64,000 nucleotides of DNA from Patescibacteria group bacterium (GCA_026416845.1 JAOAEL010000001.1:117940-181939); one strand, 5' to 3'. Positions 20,772 through 31,901 are shown, numbered from the stretch's first letter. Translations and numbers: made by a program. The notes: generated from the sequence alone by a model not told the origin.

Positions 20772-23119
20772 TTTTCTTTGCGATAATTGCTATAAATTGT
20801 AAAAAAAGATAAAAACAAAAAAGTGGCAAGACTAATCCAGAGAGAATAATAAAATGTTTTTGGCTTATAAAACATCTCTATTTTATTTGTGCCAGCATTC
20901 ACATAAAAAGACTGAAAAATTAGATTTGCTTTAAATATTTTAGCCGGCAAACCGTTAACATATAATTTCCAACTGTCATCATAGCTAACCGAGTGAAAAA
21001 CATACGAATCTATTGAAGTTTCAATTTCAAAAGATATTTTGTTCTTACCAAGCAAATAATTTGTAACTTTATATTCAGGCTCTTCATTTGATGAAACTAC
21101 CAACTTTTCCTCTAAAAATATATATTTACCTTTTGTTGTTAGCATTTTTTGTATTAATTCTTTTTGATCACTTACAAAAAACACCTGATTAGACAACCAA
21201 ACTCTAGGCAAATAGAAAAGGTATTCATACACAGATATTCTCCCTTCATCAAAAACTTTTTTATAATTTTCAATGTTATTGCCGTTGTACAAATAACCAT
21301 TAACATCAATTCCACCCAGTCTATTTTTGGGATAATCAATAATATACTTCAGATTTGAATATGCCAAAAGCGGGGAAGAAAAATTATGCACCAATCCATA
21401 ACGTCCACTCAACGCAGATAAGTCCCCCTTGTTTACAACAGAATACCATTTGCTATTAATTTCTGGATAAATTGAATCATAACCTTCTACCGACTGAATA
21501 CGAAAAGGCATGAAGAGATTTAAAGGAATTCCTCCCGCAATTCTAAATTGCTCTTTTTCTGAGTGTTGTTTTAAAAAAGAAATTATCCTAGTTTCAGGAA
21601 AAACAAACTCTCTTTGAGAAAAAGGCGTATTTTTGTTTGCATACCAAACCATTTCAAATGTTAACAAAAATAAAAGTATATATCTTGCGTAATTCAATTT
21701 ATTAAATCTCTTGGCTGTATAAATTACAAAAACCATAAAAATCAGTACCAACGTAGCAGGAATCATATTTTTTAGAGAAACCTGCATTTTATTTTGATCA
21801 TTAGGGAAGAGATTAATACCATAGACTGAAATATATGGAGTAAAATAAATGAAAATTCCAATCCCTGCAGTAATCAACAACAAAACCAAACAAATTTTTA
21901 ATATTAAATTCGAACTGCCTTTTACTTCATCAAATCTCAATGCCGATAAAGTAGCAGCAAAAAAACCAACAACAAATAGTATTCTGCTTGCGGAGCTTGT
22001 GCCTAATCCCGGGATATTCAAAATGTACGGCAGATATGCCAAGGGTGTGGGGAAAAGCATTATTAAAGAAAACAAAATACCAATTTTAAAATATTTTTCA
22101 GATCTTGTTTTGCTTCTTTTAATAAAACCAAAAATTAAAAACACAAGAGCTGTAACACCAAAAAAAGCCATATATTCATGAAAACCAAATTTGCCCCAAT
22201 AATTTCCGGTGACAACGTTTCCATAAAAATCCGGCCATATAAAGTTTGTGATTTTGTGCCAATGCATAATTCCATAAAAATACTCAACAATATAAGGGTC
22301 GTCGCGACGTATTGAACTTAAATACAATTCCAAAGTTGGCAAAAGTTGTGGCAAAGATAAAAATACACCGAAAATTTGTCCAAGTATCGCCTTGATGAGA
22401 ATCTTGATCTTCTCATGAAACAAATAAAAAGCGTAAGTAAAATAAATGACAGTTATGTATAACGGCACTTGAAAATCACCAGCAGTGTAAACAAAGAAAA
22501 AACCTATTGAGATTAAAAATATGTACAAGAAGTTTTGTCTATTTGAATATTTATGCAAGCACCAAAGCAAAAAAGGCAACCATAAACCAGCGTGGCCACC
22601 AGTTGCAAATTCCAACCAAGCAATCATATAACCACTGTAAGAAAAAGCAATTGCCCCAAATAAAGATGCCAACTGTGATAAATTTAATTTCTTTAAAAAC
22701 AAATATGTAAAAACACCCGACAATAAAACTTGTGAATATACAAGCAAGCTCCAAGCATCAATATCATTTAAAAAAAGGTAAAAAACATTAAGAGGATAAA
22801 GCACAGCCGAATGTAGTGTTGCCAAAAATGGACTTCCAGAAAACATATAATGATTCCATAAAGGGACAGATCCGTTTCTCCAAAATTCTCCCACAAGTTG
22901 CCTCCAAGGATAGAATTGAGAAAAAGCATCGGTTTTCTCCAAATTTTTTATTGGGATACCAGTTGGATAATCATCCCAAGATATTTCCGTCCAAGGGATA
23001 TGCGCCCCAACCAAAGCATCGACAGGCAATGGAACTTTACCATTCAAAAAGTAAGGGTGAAAAAATATTGCTGAGATTAAAAATATATAAAAAAAACAAA
23101 GCCAATTTGAAAACTTCAT
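20768..23119 (-). CDS. YfhO-family GT-C membrane glycosyltransferase
   Basis: QFYPWR...PLWNHYMFSGSPFLA, YPLN, LPQLLPTLE, SVEGYDS, C-terminal YDDSWKLYVNG...GTNKIEMFYKP + TM. Confidence 0.8.
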   Translation of the reverse strand: MKFSNWLCFFYIFLISAIFFHPYFLNGKVPLPVDALVGAHIPWTEISWDDYPTGIPIKNLEKTDAFSQFYPWRQLVGEFWRNGSVPLWNHYMFSGSPFLATLHSAVLYPLNVFYLFLNDIDAWSLLVYSQVLLSGVFTYLFLKKLNLSQLASLFGAIAFSYSGYMIAWLEFATGGHAGLWLPFLLWCLHKYSNRQNFLYIFLISIGFFFVYTAGDFQVPLYITVIYFTYAFYLFHEKIKILIKAILGQIFGVFLSLPQLLPTLELYLSSIRRDDPYIVEYFYGIMHWHKITNFIWPDFYGNVVTGNYWGKFGFHEYMAFFGVTALVFLIFGFIKRSKTRSEKYFKIGILFSLIMLFPTPLAYLPYILNIPGLGTSSASRILFVVGFFAATLSALRFDEVKGSSNLILKICLVLLLITAGIGIFIYFTPYISVYGINLFPNDQNKMQVSLKNMIPATLVLIFMVFVIYTAKRFNKLNYARYILLFLLTFEMVWYANKNTPFSQREFVFPETRIISFLKQHSEKEQFRIAGGIPLNLFMPFRIQSVEGYDSIYPEINSKWYSVVNKGDLSALSGRYGLVHNFSSPLLAYSNLKYIIDYPKNRLGGIDVNGYLYNGNNIENYKKVFDEGRISVYEYLFYLPRVWLSNQVFFVSDQKELIQKMLTTKGKYIFLEEKLVVSSNEEPEYKVTNYLLGKNKISFEIETSIDSYVFHSVSYDDSWKLYVNGLPAKIFKANLIFQSFYVNAGTNKIEMFYKPKTFYYSLWISLATFLFLSFFTIYSNYRKEK

Positions 23120-24150
23120 ACAATCTCTTTCACTTTCTTAAAAAAAACCTCCAACGAAAATTGTTTGGCTTTTTTAGTTGCATTTTTTGAAACTTGTTTT
23201 TGCAAATTAACATTGGAAAAAATTTCTGCAGTCTTTTTTACCAACTGTGATTGTTCTCTCCATAAAAATCCATCTACGCCATCACTAACTATTTCCTTAT
23301 GCCCCCCAGCATTATATGCAAAAACAACAGTACCTGAAGCCATAGCCTCTACCAATGAAATGCCAAAATGCTCAACTTTTTGAGGATATTTAATCTCATC
23401 AACTCCAAACCCAGAAGCTGTCCAAAATATCTTGGCTTTGGTATAATAATTTTTTACTATCTCATAATCAACGCTTGTATAAATTTCAATTGGAAATCCT
23501 TCTGACAATCGAATAAGATTTTTCACATATTTATCAGCGCCAATATCAGCACCCCCAATTAAAATTAGTTTAAAGTTTTGAAACTCTTTATGTTTTACAT
23601 ACAATTTCTTAAAAGCGGATACCAAAACATCTTGACGCTTTGCCTGAGCAAGCTGGGAAAATCTACCAACAGAAAGAATAATATTTTCTTTAGTTTTAGA
23701 TGCCTTAAGATCAGAAACTGAGACTGGTGGATACAAAACTATGCTGTTAATTCCGTATTCATTGTCAATCACGCTTTTTGTAAAATTTGAATTACAAATT
23801 ACTTCTTTCACCCTAAAAAGCTTCATTTTATTAATCAAAGATCTGCCATCAACACCCTTAAACGGCACCTGAAAATGAATAAAATTTCTCCTTGCGCTCA
23901 TAAGAGGTATGCTCCCATCAGATACCCAAAAACACAAATCGTATCCGTTACCTTTTCTTATATCGTGAACAATATTGATTTTCTTTAGAGAAAGTCCAAA
24001 TCGAGACTCTAGTTTGTCTTTGATGGAAGTATCATGCCAAAACAAATCTACATTATAACCTAGCTTGTTTAAAGCTATTGCAAAACACAAACTATATCTT
24101 TCTCCACCACCGAATGTATCCAAATAAGGATTATAAATTGCGGCTTTCAT
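23116..24150 (-). CDS. GT4 glycosyltransferase
   Basis: DTFGGGERY, SVGRF, EHFGISLVEAMASG. Confidence 0.9.
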   Translation of the reverse strand: MKAAIYNPYLDTFGGGERYSLCFAIALNKLGYNVDLFWHDTSIKDKLESRFGLSLKKINIVHDIRKGNGYDLCFWVSDGSIPLMSARRNFIHFQVPFKGVDGRSLINKMKLFRVKEVICNSNFTKSVIDNEYGINSIVLYPPVSVSDLKASKTKENIILSVGRFSQLAQAKRQDVLVSAFKKLYVKHKEFQNFKLILIGGADIGADKYVKNLIRLSEGFPIEIYTSVDYEIVKNYYTKAKIFWTASGFGVDEIKYPQKVEHFGISLVEAMASGTVVFAYNAGGHKEIVSDGVDGFLWREQSQLVKKTAEIFSNVNLQKQVSKNATKKAKQFSLEVFFKKVKEIV

Positions 24151-24952
24151 TTACTTTTTCATTAACAATTTGTAACTCCCAAAGCTTAGCGTACGTAAAA
24201 AACTTGCTCCACATTTGATAAATTGCATATATTATCCCTTCTATACCATCTTTATAGCTTTTTTGGACAATCATTCTAAAAATTAACTCACTAAACATTA
24301 TACGCAAAAATCTCCACCAAACCATTTTAGGATGTTTCGCTTCATATAACATCTTTGCCTCTATCAAAGACCACTTGTTAGTTTTTGTAACCATATCAGT
24401 TAAATTATCATGCTTTAAATGAATAATTGGATTTGTAAGATAACCAAGTTCGCCTTTGTAGACAGGCTCTTCATGCAAATCATTTTTGTAACCAATCAAA
24501 CTTTTTTTAAGAAAAAATCTCTTTTGATAATCAGGCCACTGCCCACCATATCTCATCTCCTTGCCCAAAATAAAATTTCTTCTTGGCACAGCATACGCTT
24601 TTGGCAACGATTTGTCTTCGGATTTAATAATTCCTAATATTTCTTCACCCAAATCATCAGTTAATCTTTCATCCGCATCAAGATAAAAAATCCACTTGCC
24701 CAAAGCTATCTTTAGTCCAGCATTTCTCCAATCGCTATATGATCCGTTTTTTAATTCCAAAACTTTAGCGAAAAAACCTTTTGCTATTTGAACAGTTTTA
24801 TCCATTGAACCGCTATCAACTAAAACAATCTCATCTGCATATTTACTTGCAGATTTAAGACATTCATATATTTTTAACTCTTCATTTTTGGCAATCACAA
24901 TAACACTTAAGTTGACTTTTTTTGCTTTTCTTCTAACAATCGCATTTTTCAT
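24131..24952 (-). CDS. GT2 glycosyltransferase (KdtX/WaaE-like)
   Basis: AKNEE, VDSGS, YLDADER, WPDYQKR, LHE; ATG 24952 preferred. Confidence 0.85.
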   Translation of the reverse strand: MKNAIVRRKAKKVNLSVIVIAKNEELKIYECLKSASKYADEIVLVDSGSMDKTVQIAKGFFAKVLELKNGSYSDWRNAGLKIALGKWIFYLDADERLTDDLGEEILGIIKSEDKSLPKAYAVPRRNFILGKEMRYGGQWPDYQKRFFLKKSLIGYKNDLHEEPVYKGELGYLTNPIIHLKHDNLTDMVTKTNKWSLIEAKMLYEAKHPKMVWWRFLRIMFSELIFRMIVQKSYKDGIEGIIYAIYQMWSKFFTYAKLWELQIVNEKVNESRNL

Positions 24953-24963
24953 ACTCAAGATAA

Positions 24964-25899
24964 TCAAACTTTAAAACTACCTTTGCCAAAATTACCGGCA
25001 TAAAAATCAATTACTCCCCTACGTTGCCATTCTCTGCCAAAAAACAAAAATTTCATAGACTCTCTAAAAAGAGCAAATTTGGCTCTTAAATTGGCATATT
25101 TAAACCCAAATAAAAGCCTGTTTCTTGTAATATAGTAATCATTAAGATCGCTTCCAATACGCGAGCTTTGAGCTACCTTATGCCAAATAACAGCGCTTGG
25201 CACATACAACAATTTAAAGCCATTTTTTTGAATTCTCAAAGATAAATCTGTGTCTTCCAAATACAAAAAATATCTTTCGTCAAAAAACCCAGATTCCAAA
25301 ATAGCCTGTGTTTTATATAAAACACAGGCTCCAGTTGCAAAATCTGTTTTACAGACTTGGTCAAATTGTCCAACATCCATTTGATCAACTCCATGGTTCG
25401 AAGCGTAAACATTATCCCAATCTATGTCGCCACCGGCATACCAGATTACTCTGCCTAAATCTTTTTTTTTGTATCTGTTTTTGTGATATTCATATCCTTT
25501 GGCAAAGTAAATCTTAGGAGACAAAGCGCCAATTTTTTTATCCGTCATCCCAACATCAATCAAATTTTTCAAAAAATTTTTATCAACATATGTGTCATTA
25601 TTTAAAACCAATATATAATCCGCAGATTTTTCAACCGCCATTCGCAAACCAACATTATTGCCGCCGGCAAAACCTAAATTTCTTTTGTTTTTAACAAGAG
25701 ACAAATTAAAAACACTAGATCTAAAAGAACTCACAAAATTTTCAAGTTTCGCAAGCTCAATATTGTTAGAACAATTGTCAACCACTAAAACCTCGATACA
25801 GAAATTTGCTTTATTAATTTTTGCCAGAGATTCCAGACATTCTTTTGTGTCTTCAAATCTATTCCAATTAAGAACAATAATAAAAACGGTCAAACTCAT
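24964..25899 (-). CDS. GT2 glycosyltransferase (WbbL-like)
   Basis: VLNWN, NLGFAGGNN, LNNDT, FDERYFLYLEDTD. Confidence 0.85.
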   Translation of the reverse strand: MSLTVFIIVLNWNRFEDTKECLESLAKINKANFCIEVLVVDNCSNNIELAKLENFVSSFRSSVFNLSLVKNKRNLGFAGGNNVGLRMAVEKSADYILVLNNDTYVDKNFLKNLIDVGMTDKKIGALSPKIYFAKGYEYHKNRYKKKDLGRVIWYAGGDIDWDNVYASNHGVDQMDVGQFDQVCKTDFATGACVLYKTQAILESGFFDERYFLYLEDTDLSLRIQKNGFKLLYVPSAVIWHKVAQSSRIGSDLNDYYITRNRLLFGFKYANLRAKFALFRESMKFLFFGREWQRRGVIDFYAGNFGKGSFKV

Positions 25900-25907
25900 A
25901 CCTTTTA

Positions 25908-26804
25908 CTAAAACCTAAACTTTCTTTTGATCCTATAAACCAAGCCTTTGCCCTCTCTCAAACAAGCATCTGCGTGCCAATAATTTTTCTCACTCTTAAC
26001 CTCTCTAAAAACTTGCTCCAACTCTTGAAGTGACAATTGCTCCTGCCTAAACTTTTGATATTGCCACACTTTTAGATAAACGATAAATTCTGAAAATGCC
26101 TGCAACAAAGACAAAGCCAAGCCATGCAAACCATCTTTATAACCACTGGATTGATAAAACCTTCTAATAAACTCGATAGATGGCTTATTAATTAAGTCTT
26201 TCCAAGAAAAATTGTAATTTTTCTTTATCAAATCATTCGCTTGCGCAGATGTGTAACGCAACATTTTTTGCAAATATTGATCAATAGTTTGATAATTGTG
26301 ATGAATTATTGCGTATTTTTCATTTTCTTCAATATCTTTGCCTTTCCCAGAAGCATCAGGAACCGAATGTATTTCGTTCTTCCAAACAACACAACCTTTT
26401 TTAAAAAAACGTATATTGTAATCAGGCCACCACATTGAATTTTTAATCCATTTGCCAAAGATTATGTTTTTCCTGGGTAGCCTATAATAATCAATTTCCT
26501 TTTGATTGCTAAACTTTCTAAGCAAATCTGATAATTTAGGACCTATTTCTTCATCCGCGTCAAGCACCAACACCCAATCGTGAGTAACTTTTGATATAGC
26601 AAAATTTCGCGCTGGTTCAACATAATTAGTTCTAGGATGCCGATAAACCTTTGCGCCAAATTTTTTGGCAATTTCGCATGTTTTATCTTCCGAATCCATA
26701 TCCACAACGACAACTTCATCGGCAAGATTTCTAACTGACTTAAAAACCTTAGGCAAATTTTTTTCCTCGTTTAAGGTATTAATAACCACAGATATTTTAG
26801 CCAT
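25908..26804 (-). CDS. GT2 glycosyltransferase (KdtX/WaaE-like)
   Basis: NTLNEE, VEPARNFA, LDADE, WPDYNIRFFK. Confidence 0.85.
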   Translation of the reverse strand: MAKISVVINTLNEEKNLPKVFKSVRNLADEVVVVDMDSEDKTCEIAKKFGAKVYRHPRTNYVEPARNFAISKVTHDWVLVLDADEEIGPKLSDLLRKFSNQKEIDYYRLPRKNIIFGKWIKNSMWWPDYNIRFFKKGCVVWKNEIHSVPDASGKGKDIEENEKYAIIHHNYQTIDQYLQKMLRYTSAQANDLIKKNYNFSWKDLINKPSIEFIRRFYQSSGYKDGLHGLALSLLQAFSEFIVYLKVWQYQKFRQEQLSLQELEQVFREVKSEKNYWHADACLREGKGLVYRIKRKFRF

Positions 26805-26810
26805 AGTTAG

Positions 26811-26816
26811 ATTATA
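26811..26816 (-). promoter_or_regulatory. Putative sigma70 -10 box (TATAAT) 6 nt before ATG 26804; leaderless
   Basis: Minus strand aggaTATAATctaactATG; no convincing -35. Confidence 0.45.
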
Positions 26817-26869
26817 TCCTAAGCAACGCCTACAAGATTAAATCTCAATCAAATTTTAGACCTTATCTG

Positions 26870-28573
26870 CTATTCACTAACTTTGTAAATATCTACTTCT
26901 TGGTTTTCAAAAATTCTGTATATTCCCAGTTGCGACTCTCCCAACCTTGCTCTTTGTCCTTTTATCCAATAAATGTATTTTATGTTATTATCTTTTAAAA
27001 ATTTCTGCGCCTTGTCAGCTTCGTCTTCCAACAAAAAATCTTCCACCATTTTTCTTCTTTGTCTCCAATTAAAATTAGTTATGTCAAGATTTACTTCATC
27101 TTCCAAAAAAGTTGGTTTCTTTGAAAAAGCCGACACATAAGCCGTAGATTCATACAAATAAAGCGGTCTTGGAGGGTTGCTCATGGCATCGTACGCTTTT
27201 TGTCTATCAAAAGGATATGTTAAAACCACCCCATCTTCTTGCAATGCTAAAAACGAAAGAGCTTCCAATTCATAAATAGACAATTTGGCAGGGGGTCTAT
27301 CTGGCAAATATTGATTTAACGCAAAAATGGTAGTTGGCAATGTCAAAAAAATCAAAACAATAGACAAGATTACTTTAATCAATAAAACTCTTACATTCTC
27401 TAAAAAATTACTAAAGGCTATACCAGATAATATCCCCAAAAAGAAAATCGAATAATAAAAAAACTGAATGCTGTTCCAAGGAGTTCCAATCTGAACAAAA
27501 AAAGTGGGTATTACGGTTCCTACAATTAAAATGCTAAAAACAAAGACACTAATCCAATCTATATTTGTTAGATTTCTAAAACTTTTCATAATTTCCCAAA
27601 CACCCAAAATTCTAGTCCCTGAATTCCCAACAAAAAAAATAATAAAGGCAATGCCATAAGCAAGCGCTACTTTTAAATAATCACCGCTAAGTCTGTAATT
27701 TGTCATAGCGCTATAATATTTATCCCATCCAAGTCTGTCTGATAAAGCCACCATTGACTCTAAAAACCAAAAAGGTTGCCAAATAAAAGTCGATTCTTTT
27801 CCTAAAAACGGAATCAAAAAAATAAAAAGAATTGCCAAAGAAAAAAAAGAAAAAGGCAAAAGAAAATATTTTCTACTAAAAAATGCCATATACAATGAAG
27901 AAACTACAAATCCAAAAACAACAAGCAAGCCGGAATAAGCTTTGATTTGTACTAAAAATCCAAAGATTATAGAAGCTAAAAACAAACTCAATTTGTTATT
28001 GCGCGCAATTCCATAATTCGCAAAAATCAAAGCCAAAAGCATTAATATCAAAGAAAGCGCAAACGGCGGATTTATGAGAGTAGATATCCCTTGCTGTGAC
28101 CAAAACATGCTCTCTCCACCAAAATTTCCCGTCCTAAAAAAACCAACTAACCAACCCCAACTTCCACCAAAGTAAACAAAAAAAACGGCCCACATGGCAG
28201 AACCATGGGATTTTTTCCACTCAAAAACAAATTTGTAAGCTAAAAAACCTATAAAAAAAGCCAAAACAGGAGGTAAGATATGAAAATATATGTTTATGAT
28301 TGGAATTTTGGTTAAATTGTGAATAGTTGCAACTAAAAAACTAAAACCCAAGTGATAATTTTTTATTTCTTCGCCTGAATAAATCGGCATTTCTTTTGAA
28401 CCTTTTGCAATACTTTCGGCTAAAGAAATATGCCAAATTGCATCGTGACCATTTGCACCCCAAAAGCCCATTCCATAGTCATACACTAATCCGCTTTTAA
28501 CCATAGTTAAAGACCAAACAATCGTGCCTAACAATATAAGAAAATATTTGGCAATTTTATCTATCATTTTCAT
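26870..28573 (-). CDS. Polytopic membrane protein, probable GT-C glycosyltransferase
   Basis: TM1 followed by GHDAIWH loop Asp, YHLG, about 12 TMs and a C-terminal extracellular domain. Confidence 0.6.
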   Translation of the reverse strand: MKMIDKIAKYFLILLGTIVWSLTMVKSGLVYDYGMGFWGANGHDAIWHISLAESIAKGSKEMPIYSGEEIKNYHLGFSFLVATIHNLTKIPIINIYFHILPPVLAFFIGFLAYKFVFEWKKSHGSAMWAVFFVYFGGSWGWLVGFFRTGNFGGESMFWSQQGISTLINPPFALSLILMLLALIFANYGIARNNKLSLFLASIIFGFLVQIKAYSGLLVVFGFVVSSLYMAFFSRKYFLLPFSFFSLAILFIFLIPFLGKESTFIWQPFWFLESMVALSDRLGWDKYYSAMTNYRLSGDYLKVALAYGIAFIIFFVGNSGTRILGVWEIMKSFRNLTNIDWISVFVFSILIVGTVIPTFFVQIGTPWNSIQFFYYSIFFLGILSGIAFSNFLENVRVLLIKVILSIVLIFLTLPTTIFALNQYLPDRPPAKLSIYELEALSFLALQEDGVVLTYPFDRQKAYDAMSNPPRPLYLYESTAYVSAFSKKPTFLEDEVNLDITNFNWRQRRKMVEDFLLEDEADKAQKFLKDNNIKYIYWIKGQRARLGESQLGIYRIFENQEVDIYKVSE

Positions 28574-28574
28574 C

Positions 28575-30065
28575 TCAGTTTTTTCTAATGAATTGACTAA
28601 TTATTTTTTTGATATCTTTTACTAGATCGTCTCCTGCAAATAAATATAGAGTTGCTAAATAAATTAAACCGCCAAGCAAAATCAAAGCGATTAAAGAAAG
28701 TAAAGAAATTGTCATCAATTTGCTCAAAAGAAAAACAAAAATGCCCATCAAAACTGAGGAAAACAAAGGTTTATAGATAGCAAACGCGATATCAAACTTA
28801 AAAATTTTTCTTGCCACAAATATAGCAACAATAGAACTGGATCCAACAATCGCATAACCCAAAGCCGCCCCATTTACACCATGAAAAATTGATAAAACAG
28901 GAATAAAAAGCCAAGTCAATAAAACCCACATTAACATTAAATAAAATGTGATTTTTATTCTGCCAGTTGCATTCAACAAATTGGTCAATGGAGTGGTTGC
29001 GGCGGCAAACATAGTGTTTATGGAAACCAAAAACAAAGGCACCAAAGCAGGTCGCCACTTTTCATAGTTTGGCAGTAAATCTAAAACAAAAGAAGATAAG
29101 ACAACCATACCCACAACACTCGGAAAAATCAAAGCACAGACAAAAAAAATCGATTTATTCACCGCTTTTATAAGATAATCTTTCTGCTCCTGCATTCTTG
29201 AGAACGCGGGAAATGTCACTTTCATAACATTATCCATAATTAAACGCAGAGGCGTCTGCGACCACTTTTGCGCCCATCCCAAATACCCCACACCAGATGT
29301 CCCTATAATTCCTCCAATAAAAGCTGTAATTCCATCGTCTTTTATAGTTGCCAAAAATGTGTTTAGTTGATAAGGAATCCCAAAACGCAAAAGTTGTTTT
29401 AATTCAACAAAGGAAAACGCAAATCCTATATTCCATGGACGAATCACATAGATCGCAACAAGTCCAACTATAGCTCTAGCAAGGATAGCCCAGAAAAAAC
29501 TATCAACTCCATACCCTAGCCACGCCAAAAACACAGCAACAACATGGTAGGTTAGATTTTCCAAAAGATCAGGAATTATTAACTTCTCAAATTTCAGTTC
29601 TCGTTCCAATAAAACTGATGGAATAGTTTTGAGCGACGCAAGAAAAAAAGAAAAACCAAACGCGAAAAGAAGCATGGTCACCTGATTTGTAAGGTTATAA
29701 AACTTGACTAAAAATGGAGTTAAAAAAGCTAAAACAAGCAAAATAAACAAAACCAAGATCTGCTGAACAGTGAAAGTTGTTCTTAATTGAGTATTTGTTG
29801 GATTATCCTTTTTTTGAATCAACGAAGCGGCAAGACCAATATCAGAAAAATATCTCAGAAAACCAATTACAGCGGAAACTATTAAAAAAATACCTATCTC
29901 TGACTGATCCAAAAAAACCGTCAAGAAAAAGAAGGCAACAAGGGATAAAGCTTGCATAAAAAATGTCCTGCCACCCATTATTGCAATGCCTCTTACTGAT
30001 CTTAACTTCACATCTGATAAATCTAGATTTTCTATCGAGTTTGAGTGGCTAGTTTTTTTACTCAC
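28575..30065 (-). CDS. Wzx (WzxC-like) flippase
   Basis: FSDIGLAASLIQKK, LLERELKF, VTFPAFSRMQ; about 14 TMs. Confidence 0.85.
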   Translation of the reverse strand: MSKKTSHSNSIENLDLSDVKLRSVRGIAIMGGRTFFMQALSLVAFFFLTVFLDQSEIGIFLIVSAVIGFLRYFSDIGLAASLIQKKDNPTNTQLRTTFTVQQILVLFILLVLAFLTPFLVKFYNLTNQVTMLLFAFGFSFFLASLKTIPSVLLERELKFEKLIIPDLLENLTYHVVAVFLAWLGYGVDSFFWAILARAIVGLVAIYVIRPWNIGFAFSFVELKQLLRFGIPYQLNTFLATIKDDGITAFIGGIIGTSGVGYLGWAQKWSQTPLRLIMDNVMKVTFPAFSRMQEQKDYLIKAVNKSIFFVCALIFPSVVGMVVLSSFVLDLLPNYEKWRPALVPLFLVSINTMFAAATTPLTNLLNATGRIKITFYLMLMWVLLTWLFIPVLSIFHGVNGAALGYAIVGSSSIVAIFVARKIFKFDIAFAIYKPLFSSVLMGIFVFLLSKLMTISLLSLIALILLGGLIYLATLYLFAGDDLVKDIKKIISQFIRKN

Positions 30066-30080
30066 AAACTTATTGTATCG

Positions 30081-31859
30081 CTAGAGATAGAATGATCGAA
30101 GTGATAAAAGTTTTTTCCCTATCATGAGATAAAAAAACAATACCCAAGAACCAAACGAAATTAAATTAGAAATTGTGCGTATTGGCGTGTTAAAAAGTTG
30201 CACATAAATAAAATTATCTCCCTTCTCTAGATCTATATACATTCTCCCCCATTCTTCATCATCAGCGATATATTTTTTTGTTTCCTTTCCATTTACAAAA
30301 ACTCTCCAACCGGGAAAATCAAGAATGTTTATGCGAATTTGTGCTAAATCAGTTGTCACCAAAATATTGCCTTTGCTCCAATACGTGCCATTTTCTTCCT
30401 TTGAAACTGCACCAGAACCAAAAACAAATTCAAAAGTTTCCTTTTTGGGGCTTTTTGGGGCCGTCTTTGCATGCACTGGCAAATAGTCATAAATTCCCGC
30501 AGTTTGCTGTAATTCCCAAGCAACACCAGAAAACTTCTCCTCATCAGTTAATTTTCCCATTTTGCCATACTCAGGCAAGAAATAGTTCCAATTAAAAACC
30601 ATCACAGCAAAAATAAAAAGAAAACCTAAAAACACTGAAAATCTACCTTTTATGTATACAAAAATAGCGCCTACTACAAATGACAATGAAAAAATAACAA
30701 TAGTCATGAATCTCCACGGAAATTGAAGATACTTAAGCTGATCAATCGCCATCCAAATATTTATTGACCGCACGTGTGTCATAAACGCACCAAACCATCC
30801 AACCATAAACAAAAATAAAACAGCCATTATAGTTTTATCTTTAAAAGCGATAATAAAACCTTCTTCCCTAGATTTGATAACTAATCTAGAAAAAACATAA
30901 ACAAAAACAACCAAACTCAAAACCCAATGTAAGTATCCTATCTGAAAAGACATTTTGTCCTCCTCTAGCCAGACTGATGGTCCATAACCCCAATATCGCG
31001 AAAAAAGCAATTGATTTAAACTAACAAAATGAGCGTTGTAATCATAATAACCTTCCAATTGAGACTTTATTTGTGTATATTTGTTTTCAAAAATTGCGGG
31101 TAAAGTAAAAAAAGCCGCCATCCCCAAAGACAACAAACCAGACAAAAAAAGTTTAGGTATTTTACCCCAAGCATTTTCTATCCATAAAATCAAAAGCAAC
31201 CAGGCAAAAAAAACTGGTGTAAAAATCAAAACCATTAAATTGTGTGAAGTAAAAAGAGCAAAATAAGAAAAAGCAAAAGCCAGAAACCAAAATCTTGAAT
31301 TTTCCTTTGTGGCAGTAATTAATTTATATGAAGTATAAAAAATCAACGGAAACCAAGTTAGAGCCCATGATTCATTCATAGCTCCTCGGACATATACATC
31401 GACAGCATGGTAAGGCGCCCAAATATAAAAAGCGGAAGACACAATCGCTGGCATATGCAATTTAAGATTCCCAATTTTTAAGCTATTCATCAAAAATTCA
31501 CGCGATAGGTAATACATAAACACACCAGATAAAATAACAGATGCAGAAAAAGTGTATTTGACAGTATTAACAAAACTAAAACCTAAAATTCTAAAAATTT
31601 GACCAATTAAATATGGTAGCGGAGGATAAAAGTTAAAAAGAGGAAACCCATAACCGTATCCCATATCAGGCACCCATCTGCAGGGAATTTGTCCATCCTG
31701 GAAGCATTTCTCCATCTGCAATTGTCTCATCATCTGAAGATCATCGTGCATGTTAAAATAACCTTCCTGGAAAATAAGCGTTCTGCAGGCCAATACGCCA
31801 ATTATAATTACTGTCCACAAATTCAAATCAAAAAGTGTAGATTTTATTTTTTTGATCAT
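30081..31859 (-). CDS. GT-C membrane glycosyltransferase (PTPS-related/YfhO-like)
   Basis: HDD...RWVPDMGYGYGFPLFNFYPPL, APYHAVDVYVRGA, LQFPWRF, DFPGWRVFVNG; ATG 31859 preferred. Confidence 0.75.
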   Translation of the reverse strand: MIKKIKSTLFDLNLWTVIIIGVLACRTLIFQEGYFNMHDDLQMMRQLQMEKCFQDGQIPCRWVPDMGYGYGFPLFNFYPPLPYLIGQIFRILGFSFVNTVKYTFSASVILSGVFMYYLSREFLMNSLKIGNLKLHMPAIVSSAFYIWAPYHAVDVYVRGAMNESWALTWFPLIFYTSYKLITATKENSRFWFLAFAFSYFALFTSHNLMVLIFTPVFFAWLLLILWIENAWGKIPKLFLSGLLSLGMAAFFTLPAIFENKYTQIKSQLEGYYDYNAHFVSLNQLLFSRYWGYGPSVWLEEDKMSFQIGYLHWVLSLVVFVYVFSRLVIKSREEGFIIAFKDKTIMAVLFLFMVGWFGAFMTHVRSINIWMAIDQLKYLQFPWRFMTIVIFSLSFVVGAIFVYIKGRFSVFLGFLFIFAVMVFNWNYFLPEYGKMGKLTDEEKFSGVAWELQQTAGIYDYLPVHAKTAPKSPKKETFEFVFGSGAVSKEENGTYWSKGNILVTTDLAQIRINILDFPGWRVFVNGKETKKYIADDEEWGRMYIDLEKGDNFIYVQLFNTPIRTISNLISFGSWVLFFYLMIGKKLLSLRSFYL

Positions 31860-31901
31860 AAAAGACAATAAAAAAGTCAACCTTGCAAAAAGCAAAAATT
31901 G

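Noticed and set aside
9627-27848. Poly-A/T runs of 8-9 nt in glycosyltransferase genes as phase-variation tracts
   Set aside because: Expected in AT-rich Phe/Lys codons; all ORFs are in frame and there are no long G/C tracts.
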